Source: Patescibacteria group bacterium
GTDB lineage: Bacteria; Patescibacteriota; Patescibacteriia; UBA10025; JAHIVO01
Length of the DNA: 64,000 bases
Assembly (NCBI GenBank): GCA_028718605.1
Contig: JAQULM010000002.1
Coordinates: 193,776-257,775 of the forward strand
Reading direction: 5' to 3'
Part shown: in pieces, positions 1-15,000 of the stretch
Position numbering within the stretch: position 1 is the stretch's first letter
How the letters are laid out: each line of letters starts with the position of its first letter
Notes under the pieces: generated by a model
What the model saw: the letters and a program-made list of their open reading frames with translations, nothing else
Databases searched by the model: none
What the model was told of the DNA's origin: nothing
Translations under genes and position numbers: made by a program

Positions 1-3000
1 AGGTCCTGCTTGGCCGCGTTTTTATCATTGAAGGTAAGATCGCCGTCGAATATCAGCACACCGCTGGTGGCTGATCGGGTAAAGGTTGTGCCGCTCTCAA
101 GCATGAAGTTGCCGGCGACATTCAGGTTTCCTGCATCAGCCTGCTGGAATTTTCCCGTGTCATCGAGCAGGAACGCACCGTTCACGTCCATCGCGTCAGC
201 CGCCTTGACGTCGCCCGTACCGGTAACGGAAAAATTCTCAAGCCCTTCACCCGCCGATGTCAATGTCTTTTGCGGCGCGCTCCCTGTCATGATGAAAGTA
301 TTGCCCGTTCCGGGATTATAATCGCCGTCAGTAAAATCAACATTTCCGCCAACAGTCCAGGCGCTCGTGCCACTATTGATAACTTCCATACCGCTCCCGA
401 CACCGAGGAAATCGACATCGCCGCCAATCGTTACGGAGGGATTATTATCATACCCGATGAGGCCGATATTCTGGGTATTGTCAGCGCGCAGGTAGAAATT
501 CCCTCCGATAGTGTACGCGCCGGACGCGAGGGAAACGGTCGTTGACGACACGAGGTCCCGATTGTTATAAATTTCAACGTCTTTGCCGTACGTGCGCGCA
601 TCAATCGTCGTGGACTCAATCGCGCCCTCGGTGGAATCATAGAGCACGTCGGCGTCCATCGTGCCGGTCGTCCCCGGCCCGCATGACGTGCTAGTAAACC
701 GCATGGTACCGTCGCCCGTCACGGTGGCAGTACCGCTGAGAATAAAGGCCATGCCAGTATGGCTTACTGTCTGGCCGCTTCCGATTGCGAACGTATCCCC
801 GTTATTGACCTGAAGCACCCGCGATACGGTAAATCCGGTGTTCTCGGCAGTAACCGTTGCGCCCGTGCCGTCGAAAACAACGTCATACAGCGTCTTGCCG
901 CCCGCGTTGATTGTCGTACCGTCGCCACGCATGCGGAGCATGTTTGTTCCGTGATCTATCGATGCGGTTTCGTCAATGGCCAAGTCCCCATACAATTGCA
1001 CGCTCCCCAGATTATAATCAGGCGACCCGGATGCCGGCGAAAGGACAAGATTATGATAGTTCCCGCCGGTTATATTAGTGGTGTCCGTTCCCCTGAATCG
1101 GAACGTTGATTCCTCCGAAGTGTAATTTGATAAATAGAGGACATTATCTTTAATCGGTGTACCGCTACCGAGGAGGGTCCAGGTCTTGCTCACGCCGCTT
1201 GCCGCAGAGAGGTAATGGATGCTGCTGCAAGACTCGCCACAGCCACATATCTGCTGGCTAAACTCGCCCGCGATTTCAACCTCCCCCGTACCGACACCGC
1301 TCGTGGTGTAGTCGGCGCCGCTGCAGAGAGCCCCGAGCCCGAACATAAGGTTATTGAACGTCCACGTATTGCTCGAGTTGCTGAAATTACCGGTACCTCG
1401 GATTTCAACCGTACCGCCCCCCATGGTAACTGTTCCGGCACCGGCAAAATCACCGCCGATGACAGTCAAGTCTGAAGTGCCAGCGAGGGTGGTACCGGAA
1501 CCGATTGACACATCGTTGTTGATGGTCGCGGTGGAAGCAACCGTCGTCGTACCGCTCCCTGAGGTAGTGAGGTTATACAGCGTGACTGCCCCAGACCCGC
1601 CGCCCAGGTTCCCCGTGCCGGACATTGTGACGGTCGGCGTACCCGAAGTTGTATTGATGATACCGGTTGTGGTAGTGGTCAGGTCACCGCCGTTGACAGC
1701 TAGGTCGGCATTAATATTGAACGTGGAATCGGTGCCAACAGACACGTCGTTCGCGACCGTGGCCGGTGAGGTTAGAGTGGTGGTGGCGGTGGTACCGCTC
1801 CCAACGGCTACATTATAAAACGTGATGGACGGCGAAGAACCGCCTCCGATAGCCCCGGTTCCGGTCATAGTGATGATTGGTGAGCCAGTGGTATAGTCAA
1901 TGGTCGGCGAGGTGCCCGTCAGAATAATATCGCCGCCGTTAACAGTAACATCGGAGTCCATGTTCACTATCGTTGAGTCCACGGTGATATCATTGGCAGC
2001 GATGATATTGCCATAGGCATGCGTATTAATCATGTCGCCGCCGGTAAAAATAATATTGCCAAACGTACTATTGATGTCGGCAGACAGTGTCGTCCCCGTA
2101 CCATCCATCTCCAGTACGCCGCCGCTCTCCGCGGTAAATACCCCGCCGCCTCCCGGCTCACCGGTATAGAAGAACTCCACATTACCGGAAACCGTCCATT
2201 GCCCGGCGCCGGTGTTTACCGTCCCTGTCGCCGCTGCGCTCAGCGCTTCAAGATTACCGGCGATGGTTACTGTCGGATCATTCGCAGCCCCAGTCAGGGT
2301 CATGTGGTCCTCCCCAATCACGACATTGCCGGAAAAAATATAGGTACCAGCCAGCATAGTGACCGATTGGGGCGAAGCGGATGCGGCAGTATTCTCGAGC
2401 GATACGTCTCCTCCGTAGGTCCGGGCGTTCATGGACTGGTTGCCGAATTTCCCGTCAAATGCCAAGTCAGCAGTAATGGTGCCGCCGGTAGGAAAGGCGT
2501 TACTGATAGAATAGTACCGCAGGATTCCGTCGCCTGAAATCGTGCCGGTAAGCGTCAGAGAGCTGGCGCTGTTTAGGGAAAGGGTTCTGCCTGAAGCGAT
2601 TGAAAGGGTGTCGTTCGCCGCCACGGTGAGTGTGCCGGAAACGCTGAGATCAGACGCCTGGAGCGTGATGGTGCCGGTTGAAGACGGGTTGATAGTTACG
2701 TTGTTAAACGCATTACCGCCGCCGGCAATCGTATTGGCGGTGCCGGTCATGGTCACCGTGCCGCTGTTATGGGTAAACGTACCGCTATTGGCAAGGTTGC
2801 CACCGACCGAGAGCGTATCGCCGGGCGCCGTCACGGTGCCGTTGGTAATCGTGAAGTTATGGGTCACGGTTGTCGGCTTATTCGCGAAACTCCATGCCCC
2901 GCCCGTACCATCAAAAGTGACATCGTAAAAAGACGAAGAGCTATTGTCGATGGTTTCCCCGGACGTGGTCGATGTAAATGAAATATTCTCTGAACCCGCT

Positions 3001-6000
3001 GTGTACGTTCCGGACGTCCCGACACTCCACGAGCCGGAAACATACAATCCAGGTCCGCCTGAATTCGCAAGCGTGCCACCATTCTGGACCTCGAGATCGT
3101 GGGTGTATAGATAATCAGACCGCGGCGTTCCACCTCCAACCTGCTCAAGTGTCACGGTAGTATTTGGTAAAATGCTCAACTTTTCACTTTCATACGGCCC
3201 GCCGCCGTCCAAGTTAATGGTATAGCCGGCTGCGGATATACAATCGAACATTACGTCCTCGTCATAACCAGCATCGTATTTGTTAAAATCCGAGCCGTCG
3301 AGGCTTGGGGTGCCGCTGCCGCCAACGGACAAGACGTTTGCGCTCAAGGCCATGCCGGTGATGTTGCCGGATACAAACTTAGTAATGGCCGTCGATTCCG
3401 CTGCTAAGTCTACTAAATCGAGCCAAACGGTAATGGTGTCGCCGGCCGTCGGTGTGCCGATGGTGATAGTCCATTCCCCATTTGCCACCGAGCCTGTTTG
3501 GGCCTGTCTCGATGAATTAATCGCCGCGGCAACGATAGTATCATCGCTCGCGTTTGACGTCCCGCTTACGGTGACCGACGAGAAGTCCCAGCATTGGTTG
3601 TTGCTGACGTTGGCATTGGTGCCGTCGTACGCGCGGATGTGGTACGTACCGCTGCAGGCATTGGAATCCCGAACCGATACGTAGTGTATCGTCTGGGCAG
3701 TTCCGTTCATGTTCAGGTACCACGCGGTATCGGCTGTCTGGCTCTGGAGCGTCACGACCTGGCCCGAAGCGCCATTGAACGTAAGACTATTTGTTACAGT
3801 CGTTATCGAACCATTTGCGAACGTAATCGTCTTCGCGCCGCCGATACCCGAAACGGAAAGGTTGCGGAATGTATTGTCGCCCGAAATAGCAGCAGCGCCC
3901 GTTGATGTCAAGTACACAGTGCTATTATTATGCACAAACGCACCGCCGGTATTGAGGAAACTGCCCGCCACCGACAACGTGCCGCCGGACGGCGCGGTCA
4001 GAGTTCCGCCGGAAACCGTCAGTGTGCCGTTGAGCGTCGTCGTACCGGACATTGTCGTGCTCCCGGCCGACACCTCGAAATGGTGCAGCGACTGACCGGC
4101 GGTTGTCAGCGTCTTGCTTGAACCGTTCATTTTGAGCGTATTGCCGGATGTCGCCGTGAAAGTGGCGTTTGTGCCGGTGAAATCCACATTGCCGCCAAAC
4201 GTCCATGTCCCCGTACCTGTTGTAACCGTTTTGCTGTTCGTATCAGACCCGAATGACAGGTTGCTGGCAGTTACCGTGACAGTCGGGTTATTCGTGGCAC
4301 CGTCCAGGGTTATGCCGCCCGTACCGGTTGATTTGACTGTCAGGTTGCCGCTCGAAAGCGTATGGGTGCCGGAATCGAGGACGTATGAAAGGCTTGATGT
4401 CGTTCCGGTATTTTCGAATTCCAGATCAGCACCCCATGTACGTGGGTTGATAGTCACGTTCCCGCCTAAATCCTTGGCGTCATACTGGAAATCACAGTTA
4501 ATGGTAGTCCCGGTGACATCAGTATTATCCCGGTATATAACGTTGCCGTCGCCCGTTAGCGTCCCGCCGATGCTGATGCCAGGAGATGCATTATCGCTGT
4601 ATAGAACAGTGACCGTATGCCCCGTATCGATCGAGACTGTATCCGTTGCGCCGATATTCAGCTTGGAGGCGAGCGTCAGGTTTGAAACAAGGTTCAGTGT
4701 CTCGGCGCCGGAACTGATATTCGTCCCGATTGTGTTCAGCGTCTGGCCCCCAGCATCAAGGGTACTCGTCACACCGTCCGACCCGACAGCGATAACTGAT
4801 GTTCCATAGTCCACCGTGAGCATTGCCGGGGGGGCAATCGTCAGGTCGTGCGATACGTAGAACGACTCAAAAGTGTACGTCGTTTCAGATACCGGGTCTA
4901 TTTCAAGATCATAATACGAAAACGCGCCAGCGTTCACCGTCATACCACTCCCGACGTACCTGAACAGTGAGGTGCCCCCAGTCATCGTGAGAGATACCAG
5001 TGGCGATCCCGAATATGACAGTTCCCATGTCTTCGCGCCCGGATTGAGGATATGATGAAAACTACACTCATCCCCGCAGCTGCACGAACCGCCGGTAATT
5101 TGGCCTGCGATCTTCATCTTGCTCGCGCCGGACGCGGTCGATGTTGTCTTGTTTGCCGTGCAGGGCGATGGCGCGGTCAAGGAAATATTATTCAGGTTCC
5201 AGTCTGTTGCTGGTGACGCGCCGGTGCCGCCGACCGTGCCGGAAGCATTTCCGAGTGTTACGGTGCCGCCGGTCAGATTCACAATCCCAGCGCCGGTAAA
5301 GTCGCCGCCCTGGATGTCGATGCTGCTCGTACCGGACAGCGTCCCAGCTGCTACCGTGAGGTCACCGACAAGCGTCGCCCCATCCGTAAAGCTCCACCCG
5401 CCGTTCGCATTATTGAAAACAATATTATTCCAGTTGCTCATGTTCGAAATCGTCTTGCCGGTCGTGTTCGCGTCAAACGTCACCGTCCCGCTCGAATGGG
5501 TGAAAAAGTCGCCCGTCCAGTTGCCGCCGACGGTGAATGTCGCGTAACTGCCCGGCGCAACGAACGATGTGCCGCTAATAATAGTCACGTCGTTATTTAC
5601 GTCCAAATCCATCAGGAACGCAGCTCCGGTTACAGTGCATCCGAAGTGGTCGCCATCGCCGATGGTTAAATTATTGTTTATGGTTATTTCTCCCGTCTGG
5701 TCATTGCTCAAAGTATGCGACGCTCCATTCACGCTGGGCTTTACCTCAAGATTGTAGTACGTCGCGTCAGGCACGAACGTACTATTGCCGCCGGTGAAAC
5801 TAAACGTGGAGGTCGATGGTGTCACACTGCCCCCGATGACCAAAGGCGAACCGTTGTGCGTTAATGCCCACGTCTTTGCCCCGGCATCCAATGTATTGCC
5901 TGCCGATACCGTCAGCGTGCCGCCAACGGTGTTGGTGCCAGTACCCTGGGCTGTAACAGTATACGTGCTCCCCGAGAATGTGAGGTTATTGAATGACCAG

Positions 6001-9000
6001 GTTGACTCCAGACCGTCAGAACCGAAATTCCGTGCTGCCGCAACCGACTGGGTAAAGGTGCCGCCGGTAAATACCAGTGAACCGCACGTTCCGAAGCACT
6101 GGACGTCCCCATTCACCGTGACATCCTGCGAACCCCAGACCAATCCCGCCGCATGCGTTAGGTCGTTCAAGACCGACATCGCGGCAGTGTTATTCCAGCT
6201 TCCAGCAGCATTATTAAAAAATACATCATAAAACGGCTGGCCGCCTGGTGCGATCGTCTCCGTGGTAGCTGAGAGGAACTGAACCTGGGAAATGTCCTGA
6301 TTAAAGGTGCCGGTAGTGGTCCATGAACCACCGATTTTGAATGTCGGACCCTTGCCGTCATTCGTGATCGTAATCGTCCCCTCATTCAGCAAGTCGTGCG
6401 TCTCGAGGGAGTCAAAAGTGCCATTTTCCTCACCCCATGTGCTCGTCATCGTAAAGGTGGTTCCTGAAAGCACTCGGAACCGCTCATCGTCGTAGTCATC
6501 AGAATAATCTATCGGCCACAGCAGTTCATTCCATCCAGGCCCATACTGATTACTTTGGTCAATCGGATAGCCATGCACAATATCCTCGTCGTAATACCGA
6601 TTATATGCTTGCGTTAAGTTTGTTTTTGAAATCGTCGCGCTTTCGCTCGTGCTTCCCAGCGTCAGTGAATGGGGGGTGAGTACCATGCCGGTGATATCGC
6701 CTGAACCGTCATACTTCGTAATCGCCGTCGCTTCACTCGCCTCCCCGACGCCATCGACCCAGACAGAGATAATGGCATCCGCCGACTGGGCTCCGATCAT
6801 GATGCTGAATGGGTAGGTCCCTTCGCACGTGATCTGGTCAGTCTGGGGAAGGCGATCATCGCCAACCGCGATAGCGACCGTCTGGTCGCACAGTGTCGAA
6901 TCGGTAATTCCTGACACAGTTATAAACGTGAAGTCCCAGCAATGGTTATTGCTCACGTTCGAATTGGTCCCATCGTACGCCTGGATATTGTACGTGCCGG
7001 AACACGCGTCCGAATCGCGGACTGAAACATAATTGATTGTCTGTGAGGTACCATTCATCTTGAGGTTCCAGTGCACATCGTTGGTTTGGCTCTTGAGCGT
7101 GACCACCTGCCCTGAATCACCGTCAAATATCAGCGTATGGGTAACGGTCGTGGTTGAACCGTCCGCAAAGGTCACGGTCTTCGCCGCGCCTGGCTGGATG
7201 GTGAAATCGTAGAACGTATTGTTGCCTGACACTGACGCCGCAGCAGCCGTGGTAAGCGACACACTGCTGTTATTGTGGGTAAAGGTGCCGCCGGTGTTCA
7301 GGAAGCTGCCAGCGACAGACAGGGCGCCCCCGGACGGCGCGGTGAGAATACCGCCGGAGATGGTAAGCGTACCGGTGAGGGCTGCAGCGCCGACCATGGT
7401 CGTGCTGCCGGAAGCAACCTCAAAGCTATTCATAGAATTGCCCCCGGAGGTTAATGTCTTGCTGGTACCGGTCATCTTGAGGAGATTGGACGCATAGAAT
7501 CCTCCAGTGCCGAAATTGACGCTGCCAGCGACCGTATAGGTTCCGGTGCCGGTCGAAATTTCCGCGCTGCCGGTGCTGTTTTCCATCAAGTAGAAACCGC
7601 CGGTAATGTCCAGCGCGGGATTGTATGTGTCGCCATTAACCGACGCGGCAAACCCGTTATCCGAAATTATATAGAATGAACCGCCGACCGTAATCGTTCC
7701 GGCCACAGTACCCAGGTAGAATGTCCTGGTGCTATCGGTGGCATTGGTGTACAGCTCCAGATCCCCACCGTACGCACGCGTTATCACGTCCGGGTTCACG
7801 CCAGCGGTTGTCGCATCGTACCGCATGACACAACTGATTGTCCCGGTCGCGGGAAACGTATTGCCCGACTGGTACGTCAGCCGGCCAGCCCCGGAGATCG
7901 TGCCGCTCAAGGTTACAGATCCTGTCGAGGTGACAGTCACCGTCCTGCTTGTTTCGATGGCCAGTTCCTTGGATGAATACACGGTGAGTGTATTAGTAAC
8001 GCTGAAGTCGGTGCCAGTCACGGTCGAGAGGGTGCCATTCGCGCCGAAATTATAGAACGCAGTCCCTCCGGCAGTAATGGTTCCGCTGGCGCCGCTCATG
8101 CGTACCGTATTGTTCGCGGTGGCCGTATAGGTACACGCAGTCAAATCGATGTTACCGCCTATGGTCCACGTGCCGGTACCTGAATTGATGGTGTTGGTCG
8201 CACCGGCTGTGCACGACAAATTACCACCAATGGTAGATGACGGATTGTTCGTCGTGCCATTGACTGTGACTGCGTTAACGCCGTCGCCAATGAGCAAATT
8301 ATTAGTAATTATTAAGGTTGATGGCAGCGTATACGCTGGATTGCCGGCGCCGGACGGCTGGAGGTACAGGCGATAAAACGAAAGGGAACCGTACGTCGTA
8401 CTCGCAATGTTGGTTGCTCCCGTACCTGTATACCGTACCGTTGAGGTCTGCGGGGAAAACATGCCTGAGGTTGACACCAGCGGTGTGCCACTATCGGTAA
8501 AATTCCATTGCTTCGCGCCCGCGTACAGGAGGTGGCGGCAATCGTTCCTCCCCTCCATGATCATACACGTCGCGGCATATCCCTGGATCGTCATGACATT
8601 ATCGACCGTCATGCTTCCACTCCCAATCGCCGTCGTAATATCGCCCGCATTGCTGCCCGTTTGCTGGAACACCAGGTTGTAAAATGTCCAGTCTGAATCG
8701 CCGCCGATCTGCCCATCATCATAGTTGCCGACAAAGCCGATGGTGACCGTAGGGGTGCCTGTTGAGTAGGTAATCGTGCCGTCGCCGGTGATGCTGCCGC
8801 CGTTCACCGTCACACTCTGATCTGCATAGAGGAACGTCCCACTCCCGACGGTCAAATTTCCGGAGAGCGTCGCTGCGTTGGTCGCGACAGTCACGCTTGC
8901 CGAACCGGACGTCGTCAGGTTATAAATTGTTTGACCGCCCGAAGTATAGTTCTTACTCGCGCCCGTCATCGTAAACGTATGCCCAGAGGTTGCGGTGAAC

Positions 9001-12000
9001 GTGTCGCAGTTCGTCAGATCCAAATGACCACCGATTGTCCAGGTGCCAGTGCCCGTCTCCACAGTCGTTGATGCGCCGGCAGTACAGCTGAAATCAGTTC
9101 CGACGGCAATGTTTGTGTTTTGCGCCGTACCAGTCATTGTGACACTGTTCGTCCCGTTCCCTACGAGCAGGCTGCCATTGACCCGCAAGGGATTGCCGGA
9201 AGACGCATATGGCAGGGTGAAGGTAGCGGTATCAGTCGGCTGAAGCCGCAGGTCATAGTAGTAATTCGTCGTCGCATTAGTGGCACTCGCAATATTGAGC
9301 GATGTGCTGCCTGCATAGATAAATACTGACGTCGATCCGACGATCCGGCCTTGGTTCACAAATGGCGCCGATGAAGCCGCGACGTTTGCGAGCGTCCAGG
9401 TCTTCGTCCCCAAGTTGAGCGTATGGTACACGTCGCATGCATCGTCAAAATTGGTATCGGCGCAGGAGGTGGTCAAAACCCCGTTGATTGTCATGATACC
9501 GCCTCCGGCCGCTGTCGTTGTCAGGTTCGAAGAAGAAATCGAAAGGGTGAGATTATAGAACGTCCACCCGGTATCGCCACCCAGGCTACCGGTGCCTGAT
9601 AGCGTGAATGTCGGCGTGCCCGAGGAATAGGTCAGGATGCCATCGCCCGTGGCGCTGCCTGTTACGGTAACTCCGGCGTTCGCATTAAGCGTCGTGCCGC
9701 TTCCGACAGTCAGCGTGCCGATCATAACAGCGGACTGGACAGTCACGGTGCCAGTTCCCGTCGTCGTCAGTGATGTTACCGTCAAGCTGGCGCCATAGAA
9801 ATTGACCGACGCGCCGTTCATGACAAACACGCCGGTTGAGTTGCTGGATCCCAACGAAAAATCAATGCTGCCGGTTACGGTCCACGTGCCAGCACCTGGC
9901 GCGAGATATTCCGTGCCTGATCCCGCCCCGAGGTAATCGATGCTGCCCGTAATATTCACCGTCGGATCGTACGTATTCGCAAGTACCTGCATCCCACCGT
10001 TATTTGCCGCGGTGATATTGAAATCACCGATAAAGGTAAATGTCTGGCTAAAATCCGTGCCGAGCTGGATCTGCTTGAGGCTGGTATCGTAGCTATAGAA
10101 ATCGACATTGCCGCCAAACGTCCGGCCGCCGATTTGGTACCCGCTCGGCTGGTCCGTGATATCGAACCGGACCGGGCAGGAAATCGTGCCATTGGTCGGG
10201 AATGCCGGCTGCCCGCTGACGATAAACGTGCCGGAGCCGGACAGCGTACCGCCGAAGGAGAATGACGACCCGCTCATCGTCAGGGACGTACCGCTGCCGA
10301 TCGAAATCGCATTCGTCGCAGACACTATCAAAATATTAGACACGGTAATGTCCCCTGTGGTTGTGACTGTTTCGCCTGTCGCAACAGTCAAGCTGGCCAG
10401 CGTCCATGGCGTCGTACCGCCGAGGTTACCGGTCTCGTTCATGGTGACGACGCCCGTCGTGGTAAGATTGACCGTCCCGTTGCCGGTGAATCCGCCGCCG
10501 TTGATCGTGAGATTGCCGCCGCCGGAAACCGTACCAGCAGTTACCGTTACCGCGCCATCAACGCTGACGGTATTAGACTGGTCCCAGCTCCATCCGCCGC
10601 CGGAACCGTTGAACGTAAGATTATAAAATGAAATATCTCCGGTTAACGTACACCCTACACCGGTTGCGGTGAATGTCGCTGTCGGGGTGCCGCTGTAGCT
10701 CAAGGTTCCCTCGCCGGCAACAAGGTCCCCGCCGGCTGACAGCGCATTCGCAGCCATGTTCAATGTTGCAGAAGCGCCAATGTATATGTCACCGTCGGCG
10801 CCGGAGCAATCTGACGCTGGGGACGTCGTGATCGTGCCGCCAGGCGTCAAGGTATCTCCCCCCCAAATATACAGTTTGGCCCCGTCATTCACCACCAGAT
10901 TGTTGGAATTGGACGTAAATGGGATATCCGTATCATCGTCATAGTCATACTGGCCGAGGTTTGCGTTCGATGTCGGTCCTGCGTCCTCATGCCGCACGAT
11001 GACGCGATTCTGATACAAATTGATGCCGGTGAGATTTGATCCGCTGCTTCGGGTTACAGTTACTGCATCCGGGGTCTCGCCATCCAAGAACACGGTAACC
11101 ACAGCGCCCGCAGCAGCAGTCACGCTGGAAATGCTGTAGGTGCCACCGCTGGACGTACACGTATTTGAATACGACCCCAAACCATTAACCTTCAGGGTAA
11201 CCGTGAGGTTATCCGTTGAACAGTTGTATGTTGTCGAACCCTCGTTTGTATAAATAGTGCCGGAAATGGTCAGGACGGCTGAAAATGTCCAGTTGGTATT
11301 ATTGGTCGAATCGACGTTTGAACTGTCCGTTGCATCAATCGTGCTTCCGATCGCATTCGAATCCTTGACATCGACGTCGTACACCACGGGGCTGCCCGAG
11401 ACATTAAACCGCCACTGGGTTCCGGCCGTATTGCTGCGCAAGTATATTTTATTCGAATCCGATGAATTGAGGTTTAATGTCGATGTCACTGCAAAAGAGT
11501 ACGTCGGCCCGACCGGGAACCGCAGTTTGGCATTGCCAGTTGTCACATTCAGCGTCCCAACTGAGTAATTGTACCCGCTTGCAAAAATTACCGAGGGGTC
11601 GGTCTGGGCATCAGTGCCCGAGGAATTAGTAATGGTCAGGGTGCTGAAGGTAATCGTCCCCGTAACCGTTTGCTGGCTCGCGCCGCCCAGGAGGACAGTA
11701 CCGCTGCCGTGCGTGAACGTGCCGGAATTGGTAAAGTTGCCGTTTACCGTGAGGGTATCGGATGGCGGCGCTGTTACCGCACCGAGCGTAATATTCAGCG
11801 CTCCATTTAACTGGGCTCCCTCTGTAAACGCCCATGCGCCGCCAGAACCGGCAAACGTAACATTATAGAAGGACCCGCTTGGGGTTATCGTCTTACCGGT
11901 CGTTGTGGCGTCAAACGTAACAGTTGAACCGGTGGGAGCAGACGCCATGCCGCCAGTAAAGCTCCAACTCCCTCCGACGGTAAAAGTGGCAGAGTTCGAA

Positions 12001-15000
12001 AGCGTAAACTGACAAAACCCCGAGAGCGTCACATCACCGTTCACGTCTAGATTCCGGTCATTCGTATTGTCGGTAACCACCAAGGCATCTGACATCACGT
12101 GGTCGTTCGTGATCGTATACGCGTTACTCACAATAATTTTACCGGTGCCGCCCGCTGAATAGGTAACCGTCGGCGTGCTCGATACGGGATTGGTATGGGT
12201 AAGATTATAGAACGTCCAGTCGTTCGATCCTGACGTCGAGCCAAAACCGACGCTCGTACTCACATTATGCGTGAAGGTGCCCGCGGAAAGCGTCACGATA
12301 CCGCTGCCGGTCCACCCGCCATTCGCGGTGATGCTGCCAGAACCGGATAGCGTGCCGTTGATCGCGGCAGCACCCACGACCGTCATGGTCGTGCCTGACG
12401 GCGGGGTCAGTGTTGTTGTGGCGCCGACAGTCAATGTGCTGCTGAAAGCGACCGTCGGATCCGTCGTGTCGTCCAAATCAATCGTTAGCCCGCCGCATGA
12501 GGAGCAGGTCGTGGAAACCGCGCCGCTGAACGTGTACGTTCCCGAAGCCGCTGACGTTACCGTGCGAGCAGTTCCGCTACCGCTATAGAAATTAACTGTG
12601 CCGCCGTACGTGCGCGCATCGAATACAGCCGCAGGAATGCTGCCGGCAGAAGCGTCAAACCGGACTGGAACGGTAATTGTCGCGGCCGTGCCAGGCCCGC
12701 CTGTCGTCGTGCTATTGAATATCAGCGTTCCGGTACCTGATATTGTCCCCGTGCCGGCAATATCCGTCGTGCCAGAGTGCGTCAATCCGACGACTGAGAG
12801 GGACAACGTGTCCCCGCTCGCGACAGTCAATGTCCCGGCCACAGCGAGGGCGGAAGTCTGGAGGGTTATCGTGCTCGACGACGAGGGATCAATCTCGAGG
12901 TTGGCGAGTGTCTGGCTGCCGCCGGTAATCGTTCTTGACGTGCCGGTCATCTTCACCGTCGAACCTGTCGCAGTAACCGTATCGCTTAAAACAAGATCGC
13001 CATTCATAGTGACTGTTCCGCCGCTTGCGATCGTGACGTCCGCGCCAGAGAGCGTCACGTGGTAGTACGTATCATCCGAGGTGCTCTTAAGCGTACCAGT
13101 ACCGTTCATGATGAGCGTTCCGTTGGTTTCCGCTGTAAAGACGCCGTTAGCCGGAGTTTCCCCGCCAACGCCAAAATGCGCGGAACCGCTCACAGTCCAC
13201 GTGCTTGCTCCCGCATTGAGGGTAGTGTGCCCGTTTGTTCCAGCTATCGTAAGGTCTCCACTGACAGCAACCGACGGATCATTCGTGGCAGCGGTAAGCG
13301 TCAGCGTAGTTGTCGGATCATCAATCATCTTCAGGTCGCCTATAACCGTAAAAGACCCCGCAAGCATCGTGACAATGCGGGCTCCTCCCAGCAGCTCTGT
13401 GCCAAGTGTGCCCACGATTACGTCCCCGGTAAACGTCCGTGCGGTAATGCTCTGGTTGTTGTTCTTGGGATTGATGTACGTTATCGCGATACTCATCGTG
13501 CCGGTGCCCGGAAACGCGGTGGATCCGTAATACACGAGTATGCCATCCCCCGTAATTGTGCCCCCTAATGATATTGAAGTGGTGACTTTAATGGTCTTGG
13601 ATACATTGACGGAAAATACTGAGCTGGCGTCAACGGTCAGCGTGCCGCTGATAGTCATGCTGTGAGTGGCGGTCGTGGTCGGACCTGAAATCCGCAAACT
13701 GCTCAAGGTATTTGATGCGTCAACGCCGAGATTGCCGGATGCTCCCAACGTAACAGTCCCCGCAGTAAAATAGATCGTCCCGGTTCCCGTAATATCGCCG
13801 CCATTCACTGTCAGGTCCCCGGTACCGCCCAGTGTCGCGCTATCTGCGATTGTGATATCGAGTGCCACAGTCGTTGTCGCACCGACAGAAAACGAGGAGC
13901 CCGCATCGATCGTGACGCCGCCGGCTATCACGCTGGTCGCTGTATCAGTATACATCGCACCCGCATCGTCAACGTGCACGTTGCCGCTCGTCCCCTGTGT
14001 TGTCACGGTACCGCCCGGATCGAGAGAATCGCTCCCATTGATATGCAGCTCGATGCCAGAAGAAACAGTGAGGTTTGGCGAGGTGCCGCTGTACAGGATA
14101 TCAGTATCGGACACTACGCCCTTTGCCGTGAAGATGTTCGCATTGGTAATCGTGCCCGTGTTGTCAGCGCGAACCGCGAGCCGGTCCTGGTACAGCGCGA
14201 TGCCGCTCGTCGCCGCACCAGTGCTCGCCACGACCGTTGTGGCCTTTTCAGTTTCGCCGTCTAGGTACACGAGCACATTACTGCCGGACTGTACCATCAC
14301 GTTGTTAATCGTCCAGTCGCCTGATGACGTTTCCGCGGTGCACGCGCCGCCGCCGCACGCAGTCGTGGAACCGTCAACAACAAGCACGACGGTTTTTGCT
14401 GCTGAAGTAATCTTGGTATTCTCATCAGTCTGATACACTGACCCCGACATGGTAACAGCGAAATACCAGTCAAGGTTATGCCCTGAGTTTACGCTATTTG
14501 AGGCATAGACTGGCGCCCATACGGAGGCATCAGAATCTCTGACGTCTACATAGCTCACGCTGATTGTTGAATAGAAGTATGTCGGATAATATGTGCCATC
14601 GGATGTGCTTCGCAAATAAATGAGATTTCCGGATGCACCGGTGAGCGTCAGCGCCCCATTGACATACCAGCCGCCCGAATCGAAATTCAGGTGCGTGCCC
14701 CCTTGGGTGGCGGTAAATGCCCCAGTGAGCTCAAAGAATCCGTTGAAGGTGACGCCCGTTGCGTTCGTATTTGTCACTTCCACCGCGCCGAAGTTACTCA
14801 TGCCATCCAGGCTCCCCGAAAAACTCTGCGCTCCCGTTCCCGCGATTGTCATCTGGCCGCCATTATCAGCAAACGTACCGCCATTCGTATAATCACCAAG
14901 TACCCGGAACGCGGTATCCGAAACAGTGCTTGGCGCAGACAGTACTCCCGCCTCATTAATGGTTATTGCTCCGGTAATCGTCGTTGTGGGATCATTTGTA